A DNA stretch of 64,000 nt, taken from contig JAJUJM010000001.1 in assembly GCA_029265315.1 (NCBI GenBank), positions 179,463 to 243,462 of the forward strand. The letters are read 5' to 3'. The notes under the pieces were generated by a model. That model ran no database searches. It was not told the origin of the DNA and saw only the letters and a program-made list of their open reading frames with translations. Shown piece by piece: positions 9,400-17,988 of the stretch. Source of the DNA: Actinomycetota bacterium (lineage in GTDB: Bacteria; Actinomycetota; Coriobacteriia; Anaerosomatales; PHET01). Position 1 is the stretch's first letter; each line of letters opens with the position of its first letter. Both the position numbers and the translations under genes were made by a program.

Positions 9400-10274
9400 A
9401 GCCCGCGTGGAGGCTCATCGTCGACGACCGTCTCGATGGCGCGCTGAACATGGCGCTCGATCGGGCGGCACTGCTTGCACGCGAGGAGGGGGTCGTCGCG
9501 CCAACGTTGCGGCTGTACCGTTGGGCGCGGCCGACGGCCACCATCGGGCGCTTCCAATCGCTTGACGATCTTGACGTGTCGTACTGTGTGCACAGTGGGA
9601 TCGACATCGTCAGGCGTCCCACGGGAGGTCGCGGCGTCTTGCACGACGATGAGCTCACGTATTCGGTCATCGCGGGCACGACAGACGGAATCCCCCGTGG
9701 CGTCGCAGCTTCGTACCGACTGTTCAGTGCCGCCCTGAGCCAAGCGTACGCTTTGCTCGGAGTGGACGCGGAGATGGTCTCCCACGGCAGGTCTGTCGGG
9801 TCCGTTCCCGCGTGTTACCTGTCTCCGACGAAGGCCGACCTGTCGCTCGGCGCCATGAAGCTCTCCGGGTCGGCGCAGGTGTGGTTCGGTGCGACGGTGT
9901 TGCAGCACGGGTCGTTCGTCCGTTCGCGCGATCCGGACCGTGAGGCAGTCGTCTTCCGCTTGGGCCATGAAGGCGCCTCCCGCCTGAGGACGGAGACGGC
10001 AACACTTGAGGACGCGCTCGGCGAGGCGCCGGACCCCGCCCGCATCATCGCCGCCGTGACGGAGGCGTTCGGCGAGGTGATGGGGGTGAGGCTTCTTCCC
10101 GGTGAATGGAGTGCTCGCGAGGCGCAGCTGGTTCGAGAGTTGACCGCCACGGAGCTGCCGCCGCGCCAGCGCGCGCAGCATGAAGCTTCACCTGACGTCG
10201 AGCCAGGCGGACCGTATTGCGATACAATCACGCAAGAAGAGAACGGGAGGAATGACGATGTCGACCGACCATGA
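9396..10274 (+). CDS. Lipoate-protein ligase / octanoyltransferase family protein (BPL_LplA_LipB)
   Basis: LRLYRWARPTATIGRFQ and RRPTGGRGVLHDDELTYS motifs. The GTG at 9396 overlaps the gcvPB stop (GTGA). The ORF track starts at 9378. Confidence 0.8.
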   Translation: MKPAWRLIVDDRLDGALNMALDRAALLAREEGVVAPTLRLYRWARPTATIGRFQSLDDLDVSYCVHSGIDIVRRPTGGRGVLHDDELTYSVIAGTTDGIPRGVAASYRLFSAALSQAYALLGVDAEMVSHGRSVGSVPACYLSPTKADLSLGAMKLSGSAQVWFGATVLQHGSFVRSRDPDREAVVFRLGHEGASRLRTETATLEDALGEAPDPARIIAAVTEAFGEVMGVRLLPGEWSAREAQLVRELTATELPPRQRAQHEASPDVEPGGPYCDTITQEENGRNDDVDRP

Positions 10275-10578
10275 CTCAATCGATGCGGCACTGCTCGACC
10301 TGAGCGCGAAGTCCAACGATGAACTTCGTTCTCTGCTCGATGAGCTCTACGCGGAGGAGCAGCGGGTCAGCTACAGGCGTCGCGTCCTCCACGGCAAGAT
10401 AGACATCCTGCGCGCCGAGCTGGTTCGGCGTCTCAAGAGCAGCCACGACGCGGGCGGCGACGTGATCGGCGGTAGCGATGTCGAGCGACTGATCGACATC
10501 CTGGCAAACGACCTTCGCGGAGTGTCCCGCTTCGACGTGGCGATTGATGAGCCTGAAGAGGACCTGACCGAGGACTAG
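10258..10578 (+). CDS. Small coiled-coil protein with an RsiG-like c-di-GMP signature (function hypothetical)
   Basis: RBS gggagg at 10245-10250. Helical heptad-like sequence. Motif E34-x3-S38-x2-R41-x3-H45-x3-D49 (EQRVSYRRRVLHGKID) at nt 10357-10404. Confidence 0.7.
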   Translation: MSTDHDSIDAALLDLSAKSNDELRSLLDELYAEEQRVSYRRRVLHGKIDILRAELVRRLKSSHDAGGDVIGGSDVERLIDILANDLRGVSRFDVAIDEPEEDLTED

Positions 10579-10609
10579 CCTGTCTCACGAGGGCCGAAAA
10601 GGAGGCCGC

Positions 10610-10870
10610 GTGTCCACCATCAACGATCGGATCAAGAGTTTCCTGACCGATGTCACCACTGATGCGGTCGAGGAGCGCGTCGTCGAGTATGTCGTTCGTG
10701 AAGTTCACAACGGCAGACGCTTGATGGAGGTCATCGAGGACCCGTACGTCCGCAATCGCCTGAGCGACGACCGTCGTGCCGAGATCCTCGAGAACCCCGA
10801 GGTCGTCGAGGCGCTCGAGGAAGAGATCCGCACGACGATGCTCGAAAAGGGATTCGACCTGCTGGGTTGA
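10610..10870 (+). CDS. Hypothetical 86-aa acidic protein
   Basis: GTG start preceded by aaaggagg. The composition looks like a real protein. I recognise no family. Confidence 0.6.
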   Translation: MSTINDRIKSFLTDVTTDAVEERVVEYVVREVHNGRRLMEVIEDPYVRNRLSDDRRAEILENPEVVEALEEEIRTTMLEKGFDLLG

Positions 10871-10886
10871 TCCCGGGTTGGGTCCG

Positions 10887-11351
10887 GTGGAGGTAGTCGA
10901 CGTGACGGAGTGCAGGGCGTGCGGAGCGCTGGTGGATGATGACGAGGGCATGTGCCCCGCGTGCGGTGCATCGCTTCCTGGGTCCACCGAGTCATTCGCG
11001 CCCGTATCGAGCATCCTGACCAAGACCGGGGCAAGAATCTCTGTGTCTGACGGTCCCGTGCTCGTCGTTCGCAAGGGTCCCGAGACCGGCGAGAGTTTCT
11101 ACATCGATCGTCCCTCGCTGAGCATCGGGCGTGATCCGGAGAGCGACATCTTCCTGAATGACATGACGGTGTCGCGCAAGCATGCGCACCTTGAGCTTGT
11201 CGACGGCATCGTCTTCATCCATGACGACGGGTCGCTCAACGGCACGTACGTCAACGGTGTCTGCGTCGATCGTGCGCAGCTCGCCGACGGCGATGTCGTC
11301 CAGATCGGCACGTTCCAGATGGTGTTCTCCGGAGGACGGACCGGCTCGTGA
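10887..11351 (+). CDS. Zinc-ribbon plus FHA domain protein (GarA/OdhI-position homolog)
   Basis: N-terminal CRACG...CPACG zinc ribbon. FHA core SIGRDPESDIFLNDMTVSRKHAHL...GSLNGTYVNG. Start is GTG 10887 or 10902. The ORF track starts at 10776. Confidence 0.85.
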   Translation: MEVVDVTECRACGALVDDDEGMCPACGASLPGSTESFAPVSSILTKTGARISVSDGPVLVVRKGPETGESFYIDRPSLSIGRDPESDIFLNDMTVSRKHAHLELVDGIVFIHDDGSLNGTYVNGVCVDRAQLADGDVVQIGTFQMVFSGGRTGS

Positions 11352-12052
11352 GTACGCGTGACTACCTCACTATCGGCGAGGTCGTGCAGCGTCTCAAGAA
11401 CACACACCCCGACCTCTCCATCTCCAAGGTGCGGTTTCTTGAGGACGAGGGATTGATCAGTCCCGAGCGTACGCAGGGCGGATATCGGAAGTTCAGTCAG
11501 TCGGACGTCGCCCGAGTCGAGATGATCCTGAAGCTGCAGAAGGACCACTTCCTGCCGCTTGCGGTCATCCGTGAGCGGCTCGCGGAGTATGACCGTGGAC
11601 GCATTCCTGCGGAACTGGAGCGAACGGGTGTTGTCGAGGAACCGCTTCCCACGGTCATCGCCGATGACGCGCCGATTCCGCTGGATGAAGTCCAGAACGC
11701 GCTCGGCATACCCGCAAGCTTCGTGAAGGAGCTCGCCGAGTTCGGCGTGGTGCAGCTTGGGTCGGACGAGACGGGACCCTTCGTCGACCGCGCTGATGTC
11801 TCGGCGGTCCACGCAGCGTGGGATCTGCGTCGATTCGGTGTGGAACCGCGCCACCTGCGGATGTACGGGACGTTCGCCGAGCGCGAGGCCGCGCTGTTCG
11901 CACAGATAGTGTTGCCTGCCTTCAGGCACAAGACGCCGGAGTCGCGCAAACGTCTGGCCGAGACGCTTGCCGAGCTGGGGAGTCTTACTGACCAGCTCAA
12001 AGGGCGGCTGCTGCGTCGCGCGCTCGCCAAGGCGTTCGAGGACCTCGCCTGA
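11348..12052 (+). CDS. MerR family transcriptional regulator (Rv1828/FtsR-like position)
   Basis: MerR HTH: YLTIGEVVQRLKNTHPDLSISKVRFLEDEGLISPERTQGGYRKFSQSDV. GTGA overlap with the FHA gene. Confidence 0.85.
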   Translation: MSTRDYLTIGEVVQRLKNTHPDLSISKVRFLEDEGLISPERTQGGYRKFSQSDVARVEMILKLQKDHFLPLAVIRERLAEYDRGRIPAELERTGVVEEPLPTVIADDAPIPLDEVQNALGIPASFVKELAEFGVVQLGSDETGPFVDRADVSAVHAAWDLRRFGVEPRHLRMYGTFAEREAALFAQIVLPAFRHKTPESRKRLAETLAELGSLTDQLKGRLLRRALAKAFEDLA

Positions 12053-12058
12053 CAGAGG

Positions 12059-12514
12059 GTGCAGCTCTTGGACATCGACGAGAACAGCGGCGCACGGCAA
12101 CCGCGGGAACATCCGCCCCTCGATGAGATCGAGTTCGCTCATGCGAGCGAACGTGTCGCGGCCGAGATTCTTGACTACTATCGGATCGCCTGGCTCTATG
12201 AGCCGCATTCGTTCCCGATCCAGTGGGACGGGTCAGGGAACGTGATCGCCTATTTCACCCCGGACTTCTACCTGCCCGATTTCGACCTCTATATCGAGCT
12301 CACGACGATGAGTCAGAAGCTCGTCACGAAGAAGAATCGGAAAGTACGCCGCCTCAAGGAGCTCTACCCCGAGATCAACATCAAGGTCTTCTATCAGAAG
12401 GACTTCCGTGCTCTGCTTGCTCGGTTCGGCATCGCCAGCGAATCCCGCGAACATGCCGAAGGTGGTGGCGTGGTCGCAGCCGGGCCGACGTCTGACCCAG
12501 GGACCGGACCGTGA
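12059..12514 (+). CDS. Hypothetical protein, possible PD-(D/E)xK-like fold
   Basis: FTPDFYLPDFDLYIELTTMSQK resembles a nuclease-fold core. Translationally coupled to hpt (GTGA overlap at 12511). Confidence 0.6.
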   Translation: MQLLDIDENSGARQPREHPPLDEIEFAHASERVAAEILDYYRIAWLYEPHSFPIQWDGSGNVIAYFTPDFYLPDFDLYIELTTMSQKLVTKKNRKVRRLKELYPEINIKVFYQKDFRALLARFGIASESREHAEGGGVVAAGPTSDPGTGP

Positions 12515-13074
12515 GTCTGGCGCCGCCGCTTCCCGTGGAGTGCCGACGGGTCGTCGTCGACGAAGTCACGCTCGGTCGTCGAGTGACGGAACTCGCTGCC
12601 GCCCTCGACGCCACGTATGGCGGACAGGACGTGCGGCTTGTCACCGTGCTGCGTGGTGGCGTCTTCTTTCTGGCGGACCTGTGTCGCGCTATGCGCTCAG
12701 ACGTTCGTCTGGACTTCATGGCTGTGTCACCGTACGTCCCCGGGCGCGGTGGTGCCGTACGCGTCACCAAGGACCTCGATGACGACGTGACCGGGGCGCA
12801 CGTGGTGCTGGTCGAAGATGTCGTCGACACCGGACTCACGGTGAACTACGTCTTAGGACTGCTCAAGGCGCGAGGCGCGGCGAGCGTCGAGGTGTGCGCG
12901 CTTCTCGACAAGCCAGCTCGCAGGATCGCTGAGGTGCCGCTGTCGTTCATCGGTTTCGAGCTCGGCGAGGCGTTTCTCGTCGGCTATGGGCTTGACCTTA
13001 ACGGCCGGTTCCGCAATCTGCCCTACATCGCCGAGGTTGCAGAAGAGGTCGTGTTCGGTGGAAGGACAAGCTGA
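12511..13074 (+). CDS. hpt: Hypoxanthine phosphoribosyltransferase
   Basis: PRPP motif VVLVEDVVDTGLTVNYV and C-terminal GYGLDLNGRFRNLPYI. Confidence 0.9.
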   Translation: MSLAPPLPVECRRVVVDEVTLGRRVTELAAALDATYGGQDVRLVTVLRGGVFFLADLCRAMRSDVRLDFMAVSPYVPGRGGAVRVTKDLDDDVTGAHVVLVEDVVDTGLTVNYVLGLLKARGAASVEVCALLDKPARRIAEVPLSFIGFELGEAFLVGYGLDLNGRFRNLPYIAEVAEEVVFGGRTS

Positions 13075-13148
13075 AGTGGAGCGGTTCAGCTTGTTCGGGT
13101 ACGCTGGTTCCGCGTCACCAGAGACGGTAGTCCGACAGGAGGACGACG

Positions 13149-13667
13149 GTGGATCTTTCGAGCTTGATTCGTGATATTCCCGACTGGCCCAAAGAAGGCA
13201 TCGTCTTCAAGGACATCACCCCGTTGCTCGCGAGCCCCGAGGGTTTCCACGCCGCCATCGAGAAGCTCGCCTCGGAGTATGCCGATGCGGGAATCACCAA
13301 GGTGATGGGCGCAGAGGCGCGCGGGTTCATCTTCGGAGGCGCGCTCGCGTATCGATTGGGAGCGGGGTTCGTGCCCGCACGCAAACCCGGAAAGCTCCCG
13401 TGGCAGACCACGGCGGTCACGTATGAACTCGAATACGGCACCGACTCGCTTGAGGTCCACTCCGATTCGTTCGGCGAGGGCGATGTCGTCCTGATCGTCG
13501 ATGATGTCCTGGCGACGGGGGGAACGGCCGCCGCCAAGGCGAAGCTGGTCACGGAGACGGGTGCGCGTGTCGCGGGGTTCGCCTTCCTGATCGAGCTCGA
13601 CTTTCTTGAGGGGCGAGCGAAGCTTCCCGCGGACGTGCCGATCATCTCGCTGATCCATATCGTCTGA
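13149..13667 (+). CDS. apt: Adenine phosphoribosyltransferase
   Basis: IRDIPDWPKEGIVFKDITPLL and VLIVDDVLATGGTAAA. RBS aggagg lies upstream. Confidence 0.95.
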   Translation: MDLSSLIRDIPDWPKEGIVFKDITPLLASPEGFHAAIEKLASEYADAGITKVMGAEARGFIFGGALAYRLGAGFVPARKPGKLPWQTTAVTYELEYGTDSLEVHSDSFGEGDVVLIVDDVLATGGTAAAKAKLVTETGARVAGFAFLIELDFLEGRAKLPADVPIISLIHIV

Positions 13668-13854
13668 TCCATACCGTCTGGGCCCGTTTGCCTGCGTCTG
13701 CCGCCGCACGCCCTTCGGGGACCGGGGCGCCCTGTCGAGCCCTCAGCCTTCAGGTTCCTCGGACGTGCTACCATGTTCTCAAGGCGGAATCGCTCCCGTC
13801 GGCACCTCGAGGTCGTAGCACTCGTTCGATGAAGCAGCAGGAGGTCCGGTAGGC

Positions 13855-14979
13855 GTGCGCGTGCGGACACTCATCGCACGGTCGGTTCTGGTCGCCTGTC
13901 TCGCAGTGACCTGTGTTTGGTGCGTCGTCGACACCACTCTTGCGGTCCCCGCTACTGCACGGATCAAGGCCGCCCAAGAGAAGGCGCAGGCGGCTCGCGA
14001 ACGCTTGGACGACCTCGCGGCCGATCTCGAGGAGCGAACCGAGGAGTACGCTGAAGCTGAAGACGCGTTGCGTCGGACCCGCGCCGCCATCTCAAGGACT
14101 GAGCGTGAGCTCGATGTCGCGCTGGCCGATCTCAACAGCGCGAAGAGCCGTTTGAACGGCCGAGTGGCGGCGATATACCGGTCCGGCGGGATCGACTGGC
14201 TCACGGTCGTTCTGGGCGCTTCCGACTTTCGCGACCTGGTGACACGCGTCGACCTGATGAGGCGCGTCGGGAAGAGCGACGCCGACCTCGTGGCGGACGT
14301 GAAGGCCGCCAAGGAAGCCATTGAGGCCGCGCGCAACTCGCTTCAACGCCGCAAGGCCGAACAGGTGATACAGCGCGATCAGGCGCGCGAGGCCCAGGCG
14401 CGGATGCAGGCTGCCGTGATCGAGCAGAAGCAGTACCTGGAGGGACTCGACGCCACCGTCAAGCGCCTGGTCGCCGAGGAGAAGGCCAGACAGGAGGAGC
14501 TCGCCCGGCGGAGGGCGGCTGAGGCCGCGAGACTTGCCGCGCAAGCGGGGATCGGGCGGTCGGGACGTCCCTTCGATCCGTCGGCGCTGGGCGCCCCTCA
14601 CCCCGAGGTGGTGGACATCGCGCGGAGGTTCGTCGGTGTCACGCCCTACGTCTGGGGGGGTACGACGCCGTCGGGTTTCGACTGTTCGGGCCTCGTGCAG
14701 TACTGCTATCGCGAAGTCGGGGTCTACCTTCCCAGAACGAGTCGCCAACAGTTCCGAGTGGGTGCATACATCAGCCCTGACCGCTTGGACCTGCTTGAGG
14801 CGGGCGACCTGCTGTTCTTCGGGCGTGAAGGCGACCCCAATCGCATCCACCACGTCGCACTCTACGTGGGCGGGGGACAGATGATCCACGCGCCACAGAC
14901 CGGAGAGCTCGTGAGCGAGGCGTCCCTGTTGGCCCGTATCGAATCACGTCGCGACTATGTGGGAGCTGTCAGGCCCTGA
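13855..14979 (+). CDS. NlpC/P60 (C40) peptidoglycan endopeptidase with N-terminal coiled coil (RipA-like architecture)
   Basis: Signal sequence, a long coiled coil, and catalytic GFDCSGLVQYCY...HHVALYVG. RBS aggagg at 13838-13843. Confidence 0.9.
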   Translation: MRVRTLIARSVLVACLAVTCVWCVVDTTLAVPATARIKAAQEKAQAARERLDDLAADLEERTEEYAEAEDALRRTRAAISRTERELDVALADLNSAKSRLNGRVAAIYRSGGIDWLTVVLGASDFRDLVTRVDLMRRVGKSDADLVADVKAAKEAIEAARNSLQRRKAEQVIQRDQAREAQARMQAAVIEQKQYLEGLDATVKRLVAEEKARQEELARRRAAEAARLAAQAGIGRSGRPFDPSALGAPHPEVVDIARRFVGVTPYVWGGTTPSGFDCSGLVQYCYREVGVYLPRTSRQQFRVGAYISPDRLDLLEAGDLLFFGREGDPNRIHHVALYVGGGQMIHAPQTGELVSEASLLARIESRRDYVGAVRP

Positions 14980-15093
14980 GACTTGGGTCCGACAGGTCCC
15001 GAGGAACCCCCGTGTCCGGAGCGTCCTGTTGACCGTTCGCGCCACGTGAGCACCCGTTCGCGACCTCGAAAGCGCAGCTCGCCGGTGGTGCTG

Positions 15094-15102
15094 TGGTATC
15101 AT
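15094..15102 (+). promoter_or_regulatory. Candidate extended -10 promoter for iorA
   Basis: TGGTATCAT (TGn + TATCAT) about 60 nt upstream of the iorA start. No clear -35 element. Confidence 0.25.
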
Positions 15103-15162
15103 GCGCCTCACCTCGGCGCTTGGACGCCGGGTTCTCATGTCCTGCTCGTGTGAGGGGTGGTC

Positions 15163-16920
15163 GTGGGGCGGGTCCTGCTGTCTGGTAACGAGGCCGTCGC
15201 TCAGGGTGCGTGGGAGGCGGGTGCGACCGTCGGTGTGGGCTATCCCGGTACGCCGTCGACGCAAGCGCTCGAGCACTTCGCGACGCTTCCCGGCGTCCAT
15301 GCCGAGTGGGCACCGAACGAGAAGGTGGCTCTCGAAGTCGCCGCCGGTGCGTCCTTCGCGGGCGCTCGTTCGCTGGTCACCATGAAGCACGTCGGGCTGA
15401 ACGTGGCCGCCGACCCGCTGTTCACGATCGCCTATACCGGAGTCAGAGGTGGACTTGTCATTTTCGTCGCCGATGACCCCGGCATGCATTCGTCGCAGAA
15501 CGAGCAGGATTCGCACAACTATGCCGCCTTCGCTCGTGTCCCGATGCTCGATCCGTCTGATTCAGCAGAGGCGCTGGCGTTCACGAAGAGAGCGTTTGAG
15601 ATCTCCGAGCAGTTCGATGTGCCGGTACTGGTCCGCTCGGTGGTGCGGCTCAGCCATGCGAAGTCGTTGGTAGAGACCGGAGCACGTATCGACCCGCCTC
15701 CGGTGGGGCCCTTGAAGCCCGATCCGGCGAAGTGGGTGATGATGCCAGCGATGGCGCGATGCCGACGTGCGGACCTCGATACCAGGATGGAGAAGCTCAG
15801 CGCCTTTGCGGCGACGACCGACCTCAATCGTGCGGAGTACCGCGACGCCGCCCTCGGCGTCGTGTGCTCGGGGGTATGCTACCAACACGTCCGCGAGGCG
15901 TTGCCGGATGCCTCCGTGCTCAAGCTGGGTCTGACGTTCCCGCTCTCTGTCGACCTCATCGACCAGTTCGCGTCACGTGTGGACAGGCTCATCGTGGTTG
16001 AGGAGGCGGACGCCTACCTTGAGCGGTCACTACGGGCTTTGGGCGTCCAGGTCAGTCCGTCCGGTCTGCCTGTCGCGGGGGAGATCACGCCGGGTGCCAT
16101 CCGCTCGGCCATGGGTCTGCCCGCACCGGTCCTTCGTGAGAAGGACCACACCCTCCCGCCGCGTCCGCCGCTCATGTGTCCGGGCTGTCCCCATCGCCCG
16201 GTGTTCCATGCCTTGCGTAAGATCAAGGCGGTGGTGACGGGCGACATCGGCTGTTACACCTTGGGGGCGCTCAAACCCTTGGCTGCGATGGACACGTGCG
16301 TGTGCATGGGGGCATCCGTCGGTATGGCACACGGAGCAGAACTTGCCGGTGGAGTGGACGGCCGTCCAATCATAGGGGTCATCGGTGATTCGACCTTTGC
16401 GCACTCAGGGATCACGGGACTGCTGAACACCGTCTACAACGGCGGGGGCGGCACGATCGCGATTCTCGACAACCGAATCACCGCGATGACGGGACATCAG
16501 GGCAATCCGGTCGACGGCATCACTCTGCAGGGACGCACCGTTCGCGAGCTCGACCTCGAGGCGCTCTGTCGCACTCTCGGAGTCACCCGCGTCCGTACGG
16601 TGGACCCGCACGACCTGAGCGCCACCGAGAACGCTCTTCGCGAGGAGACATCAGTCGAAGACCTCTCGGTCCTCATATTCAGAGCGCCGTGCGCGTTGCT
16701 CGTCAAGGACAAGGGCAGCCCCTATGCGGTGGACGAGGACGCGTGTACCGCTTGCGGCGCGTGCATCCGCCTGGGTTGCCCGGCCATCGGCAAGGACGAG
16801 AGGACCGGCAAGGCCACCATCGACGTGGCGCTTTGCGTCGGCTGTTCTCAGTGTGTGCAGGTGTGCCGCTTCGATGCGATAGTCCACACCGGTCCCGCGT
16901 GCGACCTCGGGGAGGTGTAG
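15163..16920 (+). CDS. iorA: Indolepyruvate:ferredoxin oxidoreductase alpha subunit
   Basis: LLSGNEAVAQGAWEAGATVGVGYPGTPST. TPP region GDIGCYTLG...GDSTFAHSG. Two 4Fe-4S motifs, CTACGACIRLGCP and CVGCSQCVQVCRF. Start is 15157 or 15163. Confidence 0.9.
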   Translation: MGRVLLSGNEAVAQGAWEAGATVGVGYPGTPSTQALEHFATLPGVHAEWAPNEKVALEVAAGASFAGARSLVTMKHVGLNVAADPLFTIAYTGVRGGLVIFVADDPGMHSSQNEQDSHNYAAFARVPMLDPSDSAEALAFTKRAFEISEQFDVPVLVRSVVRLSHAKSLVETGARIDPPPVGPLKPDPAKWVMMPAMARCRRADLDTRMEKLSAFAATTDLNRAEYRDAALGVVCSGVCYQHVREALPDASVLKLGLTFPLSVDLIDQFASRVDRLIVVEEADAYLERSLRALGVQVSPSGLPVAGEITPGAIRSAMGLPAPVLREKDHTLPPRPPLMCPGCPHRPVFHALRKIKAVVTGDIGCYTLGALKPLAAMDTCVCMGASVGMAHGAELAGGVDGRPIIGVIGDSTFAHSGITGLLNTVYNGGGGTIAILDNRITAMTGHQGNPVDGITLQGRTVRELDLEALCRTLGVTRVRTVDPHDLSATENALREETSVEDLSVLIFRAPCALLVKDKGSPYAVDEDACTACGACIRLGCPAIGKDERTGKATIDVALCVGCSQCVQVCRFDAIVHTGPACDLGEV

Positions 16921-16922
16921 CG

Positions 16923-17513
16923 GTGTCCGCCACGACGGTCATGCTGTGCGGGGTAGGGGGGCAGGGGACGATCCTCGCCGCGGACCTGCTCGCGAAGGTG
17001 GCTGCGGCCTCTGGGCTCGAGGTGAAGCTCTCGGAAGTCCACGGCATGGCCCAACGAGGTGGCAGCGTCGATACCGTCGTCAGGTTCGGGGACGAGGTCC
17101 ACTCGCCGGTGACTGACCCGGGATGTGTGGACCACCTTGTCGCGTTCGAGATCATAGAAGCGATGCGTCGCATCCATTTCGTCAAACCCGACGGGCGCCT
17201 GTTGGTCAACAATCGCACGATCCAACCGCTGCCCGTACTCACGGGCGACGTCGCCCCTCAGCATGGCTTGGAAGCCGCCCTCGAGGCTGAAGGAGCCATC
17301 TTCGTGGACGCCGAGGTCCTGGCGTGCAGAGCCGGAAGTCCCAAGTCCGCGAATGTCGTGCTGATGGGAGCGCTGTCAACCGGGCTTCCGTTCGAAGTGT
17401 CGACCTGGACGCGGATCATCGCCGCAAGGGTGCCACCCAAGACCGTCGAGTCGAACCTGCGGGCCTTCGAGTTGGGCCGCGAGGCGTGTATGAAGGGGGA
17501 GTGCGGACTGTGA
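16923..17513 (+). CDS. iorB: Indolepyruvate:ferredoxin oxidoreductase beta subunit
   Basis: LCGVGGQGTILAADLLAKV...EVHGMAQRGGSV. The GTG at 16923 lies 3 nt after the iorA stop. The longer ORF-track start (16689) overlaps iorA and is discounted. Confidence 0.85.
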   Translation: MSATTVMLCGVGGQGTILAADLLAKVAAASGLEVKLSEVHGMAQRGGSVDTVVRFGDEVHSPVTDPGCVDHLVAFEIIEAMRRIHFVKPDGRLLVNNRTIQPLPVLTGDVAPQHGLEAALEAEGAIFVDAEVLACRAGSPKSANVVLMGALSTGLPFEVSTWTRIIAARVPPKTVESNLRAFELGREACMKGECGL

Positions 17514-17926
17514 ACGTCAAGCAGCTCAGTGTATTCATCGAGAACAAGGCCGGACGCGTCAGTGAGGTCACCGACGTCCTGGGCAAGGCCGGAGTCAACA
17601 TCCGTGGGTTCTCGGTGTCGGACACCGCGGACTACGGGATCGTCCGTCTCGTGGTCAATGACCCGGAGAAGGGCAAGGCGGCTCTCGCGGACGCAGGGTT
17701 CACGGTCAAGGAGTCCGAGGTGGTCTGCATCAACCTGCCTGACCAGCCCGGCGGGCTGGCGGCCGTTCTCAAGCACGTGTCAGAGGCGGGCGTCAACATC
17801 GAGTACGTCTACAGCCTCATCTCCACCTACGTCGTCATCAACGTCGCTGACATCGATCGTGCGATCACGCTTCTGAAGGACGCGCCGGTCGAGTTGGTCA
17901 GCCAAGAGGAGATCGCGCGTATCTGA
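17510..17926 (+). CDS. Stand-alone tandem ACT-domain protein, copy 2
   Basis: VKQLSVFIENKAGRVSEVTDVLGKAGVNIRGF. GTG overlaps the iorB stop (GTGA). Paralog of 2295..2720. Confidence 0.8.
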   Translation: MNVKQLSVFIENKAGRVSEVTDVLGKAGVNIRGFSVSDTADYGIVRLVVNDPEKGKAALADAGFTVKESEVVCINLPDQPGGLAAVLKHVSEAGVNIEYVYSLISTYVVINVADIDRAITLLKDAPVELVSQEEIARI

Positions 17927-17988
17927 AGGCTAAGACCGTCTTGGGGTACGCGGGTCGAAATAGCCGATCGTCACAGGAGGTAAGGGAG

